Source of the DNA: Tsukamurella phage TIN3
Sequence record: NC_028966.1
DNA: 24,000 nucleotides
Reading direction: 5' to 3' (one strand)
The notes below the pieces were generated by a model. It ran no database searches. It saw only the letters and a list, made by a program, of their open reading frames with translations, and was not told the origin of the DNA. Position numbers and translations under genes: made by a program. Each line of letters starts with the position of its first letter. Within the stretch, counting starts at the first letter, position 1. This document shows positions 8,490 through 16,073 of the stretch, piece after piece.

Positions 8490-8518
8490 ATAGTACCACA
8501 TGTGCAACCGTGTGTCAA
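8490..8518 (-). promoter_or_regulatory. Sigma70-like promoter TTGACA-N17-TACTAT for the MoxR/VWA operon
   Basis: Minus strand TTGACA CACGGTTGCACATGTGG TACTAT. Confidence 0.8.
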
Positions 8519-9153
8519 ACGGTTTCTTCTCGGTACTCGCGGTGTGTTTCGTTCCAGTCCGCGCGGTGCGTGTGGCACATCGGCACGAGGCGGTGCGGTC
8601 GCACCTGCTGGAACTTGCTTGGCGGCAGGTGATCGAGGGACACCAGCCCGCCCTCGCCCGCACGTTCTGCGGCCTCCTGGCTGCACACGACACAGATACG
8701 TCGCGGGTGCTGTAGCATCCATCCGTGACGCTTCTCGAAAGCGTACGTCGGATCAGGCATAACCTCGTATCCCTGCACGCCCTGCATCCGCTCGAGCTTG
8801 TTCAGGATACGCCGGATGCGACTGATCTTGACGTAGAAGTCCTGCCAGACCATTCCGTCTTGGTCCTCGGACGCGATCAGTACCGGCATGACCGGCTCGC
8901 GCGCCTCGGCGGCGGCGGAACTGTTGAAGATCGCGGCGCACTCGGTTGTGTCCTCGTCATTCCACCAGGGCTCGTCGCAACCGATGGTCTGTACCCAGTT
9001 GCGGTGCACGATGGAGAACGGGCCTTGATTGAGCTCCATGTAGGTAGGCTCGTCGGGGAGCCGGTCAACGATCAGCTCCAGTCGAGCAGGTAGGTCATAC
9101 TCGCCCGACAGGGCCGGATCGAAGACCTCGGCTGCTAGCACACGGGTAGTCAC
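8515..9153 (-). CDS. Hypothetical protein with divergent HNH/zinc-like C-terminus
   Basis: CVVC...VSLDHLPPSKFQQVRPHRLVPMCHTHRADWN. Confidence 0.7.
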   Translation of the reverse strand: MTTRVLAAEVFDPALSGEYDLPARLELIVDRLPDEPTYMELNQGPFSIVHRNWVQTIGCDEPWWNDEDTTECAAIFNSSAAAEAREPVMPVLIASEDQDGMVWQDFYVKISRIRRILNKLERMQGVQGYEVMPDPTYAFEKRHGWMLQHPRRICVVCSQEAAERAGEGGLVSLDHLPPSKFQQVRPHRLVPMCHTHRADWNETHREYREETV

Positions 9154-9350
9154 TCGTCAACCACCTCGAGCTCGGCCTGATCGGCGATCACCTTGAGACA
9201 CGCTTCGCGCGTGTGGTGCACGAAGCTGACCGGACCACTGCCGTGTCCGTTGGTCAGTACGCACTGCGTGCGAGGCGGCGCGCCGCACGATGGACACGTG
9301 AAGTCGAGCGGCGTGAGCGTCACGCCGTCGAGCATGTGTAGCTTCTTCAT
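9150..9350 (-). CDS. Small zinc-finger protein (CPSCGAPPRTQC...H..R)
   Basis: 66-aa ORF, 4-nt overlap with the upstream gene, GAAGGAG-type context. Confidence 0.7.
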   Translation of the reverse strand: MKKLHMLDGVTLTPLDFTCPSCGAPPRTQCVLTNGHGSGPVSFVHHTREACLKVIADQAELEVVDE

Positions 9351-9358
9351 GGTGACTC

Positions 9359-9775
9359 CTATCTGCAGGGCTCGTGCCCTGGGTCGGTTGCGTCGATGGT
9401 AGCCGAGGCGTCACCAATCTCCGCCCAGGCGTTGTTCATTGCCTGTGCTACTCGGTTCAGTTCGGCGCGCAATGCGGCCTGCTTGGTTGCGTCTTTGTTG
9501 TACAGGTTCGCAATGATCTCGCCCTGAATGCGCTCAAGGTCACCCTTCGACTGCGACAAGACCTTCTGGCCTTCGCGCATCTTGTGCACTGCGTTCATCC
9601 AATTGATGCACGCCTGGCTCGTCTTGCCCTTGACCTCCTTCTCGACCGTCTTGGTTACCTGAATCATCATCGGCTGCTGGGGCTTGGCGGGGGCGGGCGG
9701 CTCAGGCGCAAACATCGTTACGCTGAGCACACCCGCGACCGCCAAACCAGCTACGAACCACACAAAAGATCGCAT
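9359..9775 (-). CDS. Membrane-anchored/exported protein with coiled region
   Basis: MRSFVWFVAGLAVAGVLSVTMF TM segment followed by a helical region; start re-assigned from 9862 to 9775. Confidence 0.7.
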   Translation of the reverse strand: MRSFVWFVAGLAVAGVLSVTMFAPEPPAPAKPQQPMMIQVTKTVEKEVKGKTSQACINWMNAVHKMREGQKVLSQSKGDLERIQGEIIANLYNKDATKQAALRAELNRVAQAMNNAWAEIGDASATIDATDPGHEPCR

Positions 9776-9777
9776 GT

Positions 9778-10725
9778 TCAGTCGCGGCTCGCTGCGCCGG
9801 GGGACCAGACACCGTTCTTGTTGTCGATGTAATCGACAAGGTCGGGACGCTTCGTGATGCACTCGGACCCGAGGCGGTAGTACCGGCTCTTGTCATCGGT
9901 GAGCTCGCGACCGCAGTTGACGCACTCAGAGAACTTCTCGCCGTAGCGGTCAGCGCATCCGGCCTTGTCCATCATGATCTGAGTGAGCAAGTCCGCAACC
10001 GAACTGCCGTGGACGGTGTTCCGACCGGTGACTCGACCATCGTTCCAGTAGTACTGCAGGTCATTCCAGGTGTCGGACGACTTGTACTGTACCACACGGT
10101 GCGGCGCATTGCCCACCTTGGACTTGCGCTCGGCGAGACGGAGGAACACAATCTGCGTCTCGTCGTCGTTCGCCACAGCGTAGCGTCCGTTCGGAATCAG
10201 CCGCAACACGTTCAGGTCGATCTTATCCTGAACTGGCGTCACAGGCAAGGCGAGCGGGTCCGGCGCGCTCGGCACAATCGAGACCACGGTGGACATGTCA
10301 CGCGCGGCCTCGTCCACCGCGTCCAACTTCTTGAGCTTGCCGATCACCTGGCTGGCGTCGAGCATGTTGGACACCTTGCCCTCGACCCGCGCGAACTTCT
10401 CCGCGCAAAGGTCGTCGATGTAGCTCAGCTGGCGATCGGTCGCCGGTCGCCTTTCGCGACCGTCACGAGTGTTCGGATCACGCTCGACCTTCACGACACG
10501 CTGCGCGATCGAGAGGGGCCGGATCACGGGGGCCGCGCCGCCCAGGGGAGGGATGACCGGTGCAGGCTTGTGCCACTGCGCGCGCACCGCTGCAACGAGT
10601 CCGTTCTCCACCTTGGTAATGCGCGCCAGCGATGCCTTGTAGGCGGCGCTGAACGCGTCGAAGTCTTCCTCCATCGTGATACGCGCCTTGCGCACCTCAT
10701 CGAGTGCGTCGCTCAGTTCCGTCAT
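9778..10725 (-). CDS. DUF6011-like phage protein
   Basis: C-terminal CVNCGRELTDDKSRYYRLGSEC and mid segment RPATDRQLSYIDDLCAEKF resemble this actinophage family. Start re-assigned to 10725. Confidence 0.7.
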   Translation of the reverse strand: MTELSDALDEVRKARITMEEDFDAFSAAYKASLARITKVENGLVAAVRAQWHKPAPVIPPLGGAAPVIRPLSIAQRVVKVERDPNTRDGRERRPATDRQLSYIDDLCAEKFARVEGKVSNMLDASQVIGKLKKLDAVDEAARDMSTVVSIVPSAPDPLALPVTPVQDKIDLNVLRLIPNGRYAVANDDETQIVFLRLAERKSKVGNAPHRVVQYKSSDTWNDLQYYWNDGRVTGRNTVHGSSVADLLTQIMMDKAGCADRYGEKFSECVNCGRELTDDKSRYYRLGSECITKRPDLVDYIDNKNGVWSPGAASRD

Positions 10726-10946
10726 CGTTTCAGCACCTCCTCGGCAATCGCTGTTCCGGTGTTCATCCCCGACAGGGCGCTGAACACATCGTACTCGGTG
10801 AAGGCGTCGCACTCAAGCGTGCGCACGAGACGTTCACCGTGGTTCAGGGCCTCGTCCATCTTTTTGCGAACGTCCCAGAACGTCTGGCCACTGAATCGCT
10901 TCTTGTTCTTCGTGTCGTTGTGCCAGGTGATCGTACCTTGCCACAT
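10722..10946 (-). CDS. Hypothetical protein
   Basis: 74-aa ORF with 4-nt overlap to the downstream gene. Confidence 0.65.
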   Translation of the reverse strand: MWQGTITWHNDTKNKKRFSGQTFWDVRKKMDEALNHGERLVRTLECDAFTEYDVFSALSGMNTGTAIAEEVLKR

Positions 10947-10948
10947 GT

Positions 10949-11266
10949 TCAGGGCCTCCTCGGGTCCGTGCTCGGGTCACGCCAGGCGCTGTTGGAATCA
11001 ATCCACCAGTACCCATCGGTATCGCCGCGCTCGTCCTGGCGAAAGACACCGTACCCGAGGATACGGGCACCGTCGCGGTGTTCTTCGTACTCCTCACGAC
11101 ACGCATTCGAGTACTTCTCGAGTACTTCGGTGATCGTACGAAACAGGCAGTCGTTCGCCTGCGAAAGGGCCTCGGTGGCGGTGCTCATACCGGCGAACTC
11201 GACGGCGGTCACGTACTCGCCGCTGGTGTCACGCGCGGCAAGTGCCGCTCCGTAAGTGTAGGACAT
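10949..11266 (-). CDS. Hypothetical protein
   Basis: 105-aa ORF in close tandem. Confidence 0.65.
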   Translation of the reverse strand: MSYTYGAALAARDTSGEYVTAVEFAGMSTATEALSQANDCLFRTITEVLEKYSNACREEYEEHRDGARILGYGVFRQDERGDTDGYWWIDSNSAWRDPSTDPRRP

Positions 11267-11269
11267 GTG

Positions 11270-11491
11270 TCACCTACCCATCGACACGGCACGGACCACG
11301 ACGCTGGCCACGCTGTGCCACTTCATGCGGCGCACGGACCGATAGACCGGGCGCGCCGGTTCGGGCGTCCACGGGGCGGACAGGGGGCTGTACGGGGTCA
11401 CGCTCGCCGATGCCGGTGCGGCATGGCGCGGCACAGCGCCGGGGCGGGCGGCGGGCGGGTAGTCCAAGGTGTTCAGTCGATGCTTCGGCAT
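11270..11491 (-). CDS. Hypothetical Pro/Arg-rich small protein
   Basis: 73-aa ORF with GGAG 6 nt upstream of the ATG; fills the inter-gene space. Confidence 0.5.
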   Translation of the reverse strand: MPKHRLNTLDYPPAARPGAVPRHAAPASASVTPYSPLSAPWTPEPARPVYRSVRRMKWHSVASVVVRAVSMGR

Positions 11492-11514
11492 AGCACACTC
11501 CGTTTCGGTAGTGA

Positions 11515-11823
11515 TTACTTGGTCTTGCTAAGTAGGTAGGCGAGATCACGTTCGATGTTCTCGGCTCGGTGCAGCGCGAACATCTGACCGATGTTCGATA
11601 TGCGCGTGACGGCGTACTCGAGCGCCTCGTCACGTTCGCGGGTGAGACGTTCGATCACCTCGGCGGGCGGCTCGTCGCAATCGCACGCGGCGATCAGTTG
11701 TGTGCACTCGGGACACACGAGCTCGGCCTCGCACGTGTCGCACAGGTAGCCCTGGTTACCGAACCACGCGCTGTAGGTGTCCACGACACACTGGCACCGG
11801 TAGCAGTTGGCGAGGGTAGGCAT
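11515..11823 (-). CDS. Small zinc-ribbon-like protein with C-terminal helix
   Basis: CYRCQC...CDTCEAELVCPECTQLIAACDC. Confidence 0.75.
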   Translation of the reverse strand: MPTLANCYRCQCVVDTYSAWFGNQGYLCDTCEAELVCPECTQLIAACDCDEPPAEVIERLTRERDEALEYAVTRISNIGQMFALHRAENIERDLAYLLSKTK

Positions 11824-11826
11824 GTC

Positions 11827-11955
11827 CTACCGCGCGGCGCGCTTGGGGGCCTTGGTCAGCTTGATCAGCGACACGCGACCGGCGGGCTTGCGGGACTTGT
11901 GCAGCGACACGGTGCGGGGGGCGCGGGGGACCTTGGCGAGGGAGACGACGTACAT
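11827..11955 (-). CDS. 42-aa highly basic peptide MYVVSLAKVPRAPRTVSLHKSRKPAGRVSLIKLTKAPKRAAR, not in ORF track
   Basis: Strong SD (GTAAGGAGTGCAAACT ATG), 3-nt gap to the next gene. Confidence 0.6.
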   Translation of the reverse strand: MYVVSLAKVPRAPRTVSLHKSRKPAGRVSLIKLTKAPKRAAR

Positions 11956-12119
11956 AGTTTGCACTCCTTACGGTAGTGGAATAGGTAGCAGTCCGAACTG
12001 GACTAGAGGGCACACCGGATAGACGCGCGCCGGTAGCGTTCACGCTCTATGCCTCGGTGAATGGCACGTAGGGGGGATTACGCCCGATGTGCCCACTAGC
12101 TCAGTTCGACGTTGGGGGC

Positions 12120-12168
12120 GGCTCCCGTGCGGGGATGACTGTGTGACGAGCGCCGCCGCACGGGAGCC
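12120..12168. repeat. Perfect 13-bp inverted repeat GGCTCCCGTGCGG-23nt-CCGCACGGGAGCC
   Basis: Exact complementarity 12120-12132 / 12156-12168 in an intergenic region. Confidence 0.75.
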
Positions 12169-12318
12169 TGTTGCGCGTGCCTACCGGCCTCCTAGCGTGG
12201 TGGAGGTCTCACCCTCGTTCGGCTGTCGGTAGGTACTTCGTGATTGTAAACGGTTCACGATGGACCGCTGGTACACCTCACGCCTACGGTGATGCCTCCA
12301 CCTAGCGCTTATTGTACC

Positions 12319-12347
12319 CGTCCCCCCGCCCTTGTGGGGCGGGGACG
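12319..12347 (-). terminator. GC-rich hairpin, possible terminator
   Basis: CGTCCCC(CC)GCCC TTGT(G) GGGCGGGGACG, downstream of the 12394 stop. Confidence 0.5.
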
Positions 12348-12370
12348 CTCAGGGCCTATGCGGCTATTTA

Positions 12371-12388
12371 ACCTCGCCCTGACGAGGT
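12371..12388 (-). terminator. Hairpin ACCTCG-6nt-CGAGGT just after the 12394 stop
   Basis: 6-bp perfect stem followed by TTAAATAG on the minus strand. Confidence 0.4.
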
Positions 12389-12393
12389 GGACG

Positions 12394-13317
12394 TTAGTCC
12401 TTGGTGGCGCCCTTGACGCCCTCGGCGTTCACGCCCGGCGTGACACCCTCGACGCCGGTCTTGCCGAACAGGCGGGCCGACACGGCACCCGAGCTCGGGT
12501 GATCGTCGCCGTACTCGTCCGAGGTGTGCTTCACGATCTCGGACACGGTGAGGAACTCGCCCGACGCCTTGGACGCGAACGCGCTCTCGATGTGCGCGGC
12601 CACGTTGCGGCGCGTGCCGGTGAACGGGGCGCGGACGCCACCGCTCGCGGCCCGACCCTTGCCCAGGCCCTTGCCCTGGACCAGCTTGACCGCCGCAGCG
12701 GCGAGGGGGCTGATCTCGGGAGCCTCGCCACGGGTCTCCTCGTCCTCGCGCGTCCACTCGATGTACTCGACGGCCTCGCGGGTGGCCAGGTCCGTGTCGA
12801 TCGGCTCGAAGTCCGCGACCTCGTCGTCGGCGGTGTCCACGAGGACCTCACGGGCGATCTCGAGGGCCGCGACGCGCTCGGCGAAGGCCTCACGCGGATC
12901 GACCTTCGGCGCGGCGGGCTTGGGCTCGGACTTGGTCGTCAGGAGCCGGTCGCTGATCTCGTTGTACGAGACGGCCTTGATGTACTCCCCGGCGGGCAGC
13001 GCGGCCTTCATCTGGTCGTTCACGTAGTTCTTGGCCAGGTTCTTGTACTTGATGCCGCCGGTCACGGCACGGTACGCCTGCGAGACGGCGTCGAGGTTGG
13101 CCTCGGTCACGGTGCCCGTGTCGGCGTCGGCCTCGGCCACGGCCTTCTCCACGGTCTCGGTGAAGGCGTCGACGGCGGGCAGGTGCTCGGCGTCGGCGGC
13201 GGCCTGCTTGGCCTCCTTTTCCTCGGCGGTGGGCTCGGTGGCCTCGGCCTCGGTCACGACGGCCTGGGGGGCCTCGACGTCGTTGTCCTCGTTGAAGATC
13301 TCGGTGCGGTCGCTCAT
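12394..13317 (-). CDS. Hypothetical acidic protein with possible C-terminal winged-helix-like domain
   Basis: 307-aa ORF with AGGAGGTAACAACC ATG. C-terminus GEFLTVSEIVKHTSDEYGDDHPSSGAVSARLFGKTG. Confidence 0.8.
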   Translation of the reverse strand: MSDRTEIFNEDNDVEAPQAVVTEAEATEPTAEEKEAKQAAADAEHLPAVDAFTETVEKAVAEADADTGTVTEANLDAVSQAYRAVTGGIKYKNLAKNYVNDQMKAALPAGEYIKAVSYNEISDRLLTTKSEPKPAAPKVDPREAFAERVAALEIAREVLVDTADDEVADFEPIDTDLATREAVEYIEWTREDEETRGEAPEISPLAAAAVKLVQGKGLGKGRAASGGVRAPFTGTRRNVAAHIESAFASKASGEFLTVSEIVKHTSDEYGDDHPSSGAVSARLFGKTGVEGVTPGVNAEGVKGATKD

Positions 13318-13461
13318 GGTTGTTACCTCCTGGTGTATGGGGCGGGGGCGCAGGTTGCGCCGGTGTCCCGATGGGGTGTTCGTTTTCCGTTGTACCTATA
13401 GCCTACCTCGGCAGGGCTGCCGATGCAAGCCGCTATTGGTACTAGTTTTGTGTGACGTGCG

Positions 13462-13773
13462 TCACATCGGTAGTTCGGACACGTAACAAACCGTGTCGTT
13501 TTCCAACCAGTTCACAGTCCCACACTTGAGCTCGGTGCCAAGGATGGACCACTGGTAGGCGGCGTGCGGACGGTGCATGTTGGCGATTCTGACCACGCCA
13601 CGCGCCATTGTGGCGGCTTGGCGTAGGGTCTCGCACCTGTACGTCTGGGTACGCCTTCCGTTGCGCCACACGGTGACCTGGACACCGAGGGCGGGGTCCG
13701 TGCGGTCACGGTAGAGGCGCTCGAGGTGCGTCGGTAGTTCGGGCACATCGGGTAGTTCGTTTGCCTCAGTCAC
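13462..13773 (-). CDS. Hypothetical protein
   Basis: MTEANELPDVPELPTHLERLYRDRTDPALG...; GTG start at 13773 with AAAGG SD and 8-nt overlap with the upstream small ORF (track start 13809). Confidence 0.6.
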   Translation of the reverse strand: MTEANELPDVPELPTHLERLYRDRTDPALGVQVTVWRNGRRTQTYRCETLRQAATMARGVVRIANMHRPHAAYQWSILGTELKCGTVNWLENDTVCYVSELPM

Positions 13774-13894
13774 GGTTAGCCTTTCGGTTTGCCGTGCGGA
13801 CGTAGACAACCACGATGATTACGAGTGCAATCAACAGGTGTCCACCGTTGGCACCGTGAAGGGTGCCTGCGATGAAGTCGAGGACCTCGTACAC
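13766..13894 (-). CDS. 42-aa single-TM small protein MYEVLDFIAGTLHGANGGHLLIALVIIVVVYVRTANRKANRD, not in ORF track
   Basis: GTG start with SD AGGAG at 9-nt spacing; clear TM segment. Confidence 0.6.
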   Translation of the reverse strand: MYEVLDFIAGTLHGANGGHLLIALVIIVVVYVRTANRKANRD

Positions 13895-13906
13895 GATTGT
13901 GAACTC

Positions 13907-14062
13907 CTACTTGCCGAAGATCACGTCGGTCACGAAGGGCACGTTGGCCTCGTGGATCACGAACGCCAGGGCGCGCTGCTCACGCGCGGTCAGGCGACGG
14001 TTGCTCCGGGCCTTGGCGAACTGGCCGCGATCGGTGCGCTGGTGCTTGAAGGTCTTGGACAT
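13907..14062 (-). CDS. 51-aa small protein MSKTFKHQRTDRGQFAKARSNRRLTAREQRALAFVIHEANVPFVTDVIFGK, not in ORF track
   Basis: Open frame between genes, tandem with the TM ORF; weak SD. Confidence 0.55.
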   Translation of the reverse strand: MSKTFKHQRTDRGQFAKARSNRRLTAREQRALAFVIHEANVPFVTDVIFGK

Positions 14063-14112
14063 GATGCACTCATTTCTGTAGTGTCAGGCGGGCTGGATTA
14101 CCCTCTGAATAC

Positions 14113-14142
14113 ACCCTACCACGTATGGTGCACTCAGGTCAA
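14113..14142 (-). promoter_or_regulatory. Weak promoter candidate TTGACC-N18-TAGGGT
   Basis: Minus strand sequence upstream of the 13907-14062 ORF. Confidence 0.35.
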
Positions 14143-14155
14143 ACCCAGTTTCGCT

Positions 14156-14389
14156 CTAGACGATGGGGAAGTTCGCGGTCGCAACCACGCACCTCATTAG
14201 GCACTCGATCCGGTCGAGGTCGCCTTCGTCGGCGATCTCGTCTGGTCCGTAGCCTAGCTCGATCATGCGCTCACGTGCAACCTCCTCCACGTTCGCGCGC
14301 TGGTCTGCAGTCAGGGTATCCCTGATAGCGTACCACGTTCCACGGGCACCTGCGTCGATGGAACCGTTCAGGGTATCCACGCTCATCAC
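14156..14389 (-). CDS. Hypothetical protein
   Basis: 77-aa ORF with 4-nt overlap to the upstream gene. Confidence 0.65.
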   Translation of the reverse strand: MMSVDTLNGSIDAGARGTWYAIRDTLTADQRANVEEVARERMIELGYGPDEIADEGDLDRIECLMRCVVATANFPIV

Positions 14390-14748
14390 GCACCGGCCTT
14401 TGCGGCCGCAACCATGACCATGTTGCGGTAGAACTCAGGAACCTCGCGCCGGATGTACCGGGCGGGGTCAAGGGACCGGCGGGCTTCGGCGAGGTACGCC
14501 TCCACGCGCGGTGTGTGGTCGATCTCGACCCGGTTCTTCCGAACCACGGTGTTACCACGGTGGATCACGCCCGAGACTCGTCCGGTGTGCGCCGCGATCT
14601 TCTCACGTCGGGCCTTGCGCTGGTCGGCGTCGAGGTCCGCCCAGTTGTCCGGGTTGAATGCCAGTTCACGGTTGAGCTGAATCTGCTGGTATTCGGTGTG
14701 GTGAATCACGGGGACGGTGCTGTAGACGCGCTTGCGTGCCTTGGACAC
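14386..14748 (-). CDS. Hypothetical protein
   Basis: 120-aa ORF, GTG start with SD GAAAGGAT. Confidence 0.7.
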   Translation of the reverse strand: MSKARKRVYSTVPVIHHTEYQQIQLNRELAFNPDNWADLDADQRKARREKIAAHTGRVSGVIHRGNTVVRKNRVEIDHTPRVEAYLAEARRSLDPARYIRREVPEFYRNMVMVAAAKAGA

Positions 14749-14786
14749 GGTGCGATCCTTTCGGTATCGGTTGATCTGATACTACC

Positions 14787-14816
14787 ATAGTACCATGACC
14801 TCGGTCTGTTTGTCAA
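14787..14816 (-). promoter_or_regulatory. Sigma70-like promoter TTGACA-N18-TACTAT
   Basis: Minus strand TTGACA AACAGACCGAGGTCATGG TACTAT. Confidence 0.65.
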
Positions 14817-14842
14817 CAGACCGGATCAAACTACCACGCTAG

Positions 14843-15178
14843 TTAGCACATGTGCGTTGCGATGAACTTTCGGAAGAAGTCCACGATCTCACGAATGTCG
14901 AACTGGTGATCGAGTTCCACCTGCTCCACGGTGCCGCCCTCGTTGTGGTAATCCCCATCGGTGGACGCTACCGCGAGGTAGGGCTCCACGATGGCGAGCC
15001 AGCATGTGATGCCGGTAGCCGAGGTGTTCGCGTACTTCACCACGTTGTTCTCGAAGGTGATCTCCTCGAACATCGTTGCCACGATGGACGCCCGGTAATC
15101 GAGGTCTTCATCGTGCATGTCACGCATGGTCTCCGCGATCAAGGCGCCACGGATCATGTCGAATTGTTCGTTGTTCAC
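14843..15178 (-). CDS. Hypothetical protein
   Basis: 111-aa ORF with GTG start behind a GAAAGGG leader. Confidence 0.7.
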   Translation of the reverse strand: MNNEQFDMIRGALIAETMRDMHDEDLDYRASIVATMFEEITFENNVVKYANTSATGITCWLAIVEPYLAVASTDGDYHNEGGTVEQVELDHQFDIREIVDFFRKFIATHMC

Positions 15179-15213
15179 TTTTCAACCCTTTCGGTGTTGT
15201 GTTCGTTGGTACT

Positions 15214-15242
15214 AGTCTAGCATCACCCGGCCCGATTGTCAA
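15214..15242 (-). promoter_or_regulatory. Sigma70-like promoter TTGACA-N17-TAGACT
   Basis: TTGACA ATCGGGCCGGGTGATGC TAGACT, minus strand. Confidence 0.7.
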
Positions 15243-15265
15243 CTTTCGGGCCGGATCAAACCGGA

Positions 15266-15511
15266 CTAGGACGAGAACACGTTCACCACGTGGTAGACAT
15301 GATCGCCATGCATCACGTACACAGTCATGTCCGCCTGAGAATCGTTCGGGTTGGTCTCGATTTCCGCCCGCGCGTCCGATCCGTGGAACTTCTCGCGGAC
15401 GGACTTCACCACGGACTCGATGTAGTCGATGACTTCCGCCAACGTGTCCACATCTTTGTTGTCGATAGGCATGTCACCGGCCCACGAATCGAGATTTTCG
15501 ATTTGGAACAT
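15266..15511 (-). CDS. Hypothetical protein MFQIENLDSWAGDMPIDNKDVDTLAEVIDYIESVVKSV...
   Basis: ATG at 15511 behind a GAAAGGG leader (track uses the upstream TTG). Confidence 0.7.
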   Translation of the reverse strand: MFQIENLDSWAGDMPIDNKDVDTLAEVIDYIESVVKSVREKFHGSDARAEIETNPNDSQADMTVYVMHGDHVYHVVNVFSS

Positions 15512-15546
15512 TTGCAACCCTTTCGGTGTTGTCGTTGTGTGGTACT

Positions 15547-15575
15547 AGTCTATCACGTTCGATCTAGGTTGTCAA
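15547..15575 (-). promoter_or_regulatory. Sigma70-like promoter TTGACA-N17-TAGACT
   Basis: TTGACA ACCTAGATCGAACGTGA TAGACT, minus strand. Confidence 0.7.
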
Positions 15576-15608
15576 CCCGGACCCGGTGCGATTTTCCGTT
15601 GTGGTACT

Positions 15609-15637
15609 AGTCTAGCGTAGATCGGGAACTTTGTCAA
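15609..15637 (-). promoter_or_regulatory. Tandem upstream promoter TTGACA-N17-TAGACT
   Basis: TTGACA AAGTTCCCGATCTACGC TAGACT, minus strand. Confidence 0.7.
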
Positions 15638-16073
15638 ACCGTTCCGCGTGCCGTACGGGAACTTTGGTTCGGCTAACGATCTAGGGTACTAGGACTAGGT
15701 CCGTTCGCGTAGTTCGTGTTCCGTTTTTCGATCTATAGCTATTAGATCATGCGGTGGTACTAGTTGGCAACCCGTTCGGGACTTCCGTTACCGAACCGTT
15801 ATGGAACGTTATTCGGGCCCTAGAATCGACGCTACGGGACTCGCGTAGGGACTGGCCTAGTAGGTCCGGCGCGGCGCGTAGACGCGCCTACGTGGACGCT
15901 AGGGGGCTTAAATGGGAAGTCCCGTGGACGCGGCAACGCGCGCGTCCTGGTTGCTTCGAGTAACTAAAGGTATTCGTGCACGTGCATGAATGAGGTTAGC
16001 TAAAGAAACCTACGTGCAATCTAGTTCGCAAGCGAAACTAAAGATTTATTTTCGGGTGCATATATTTCTTTAG

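Noticed and set aside
8441-8693. Upstream extension of the MoxR gene
   Set aside because: It would require translation through the -35/-10 promoter. GTG at 8441 has an AAAGGAG SD.
10009-11133. 374-aa plus-strand ORF
   Set aside because: Antisense to several coherent minus-strand genes with SDs and junction overlaps.
12289-13401. 370-aa plus-strand ORF
   Set aside because: Leucine/glycine-rich shadow of the high-GC 12394-13317 gene.
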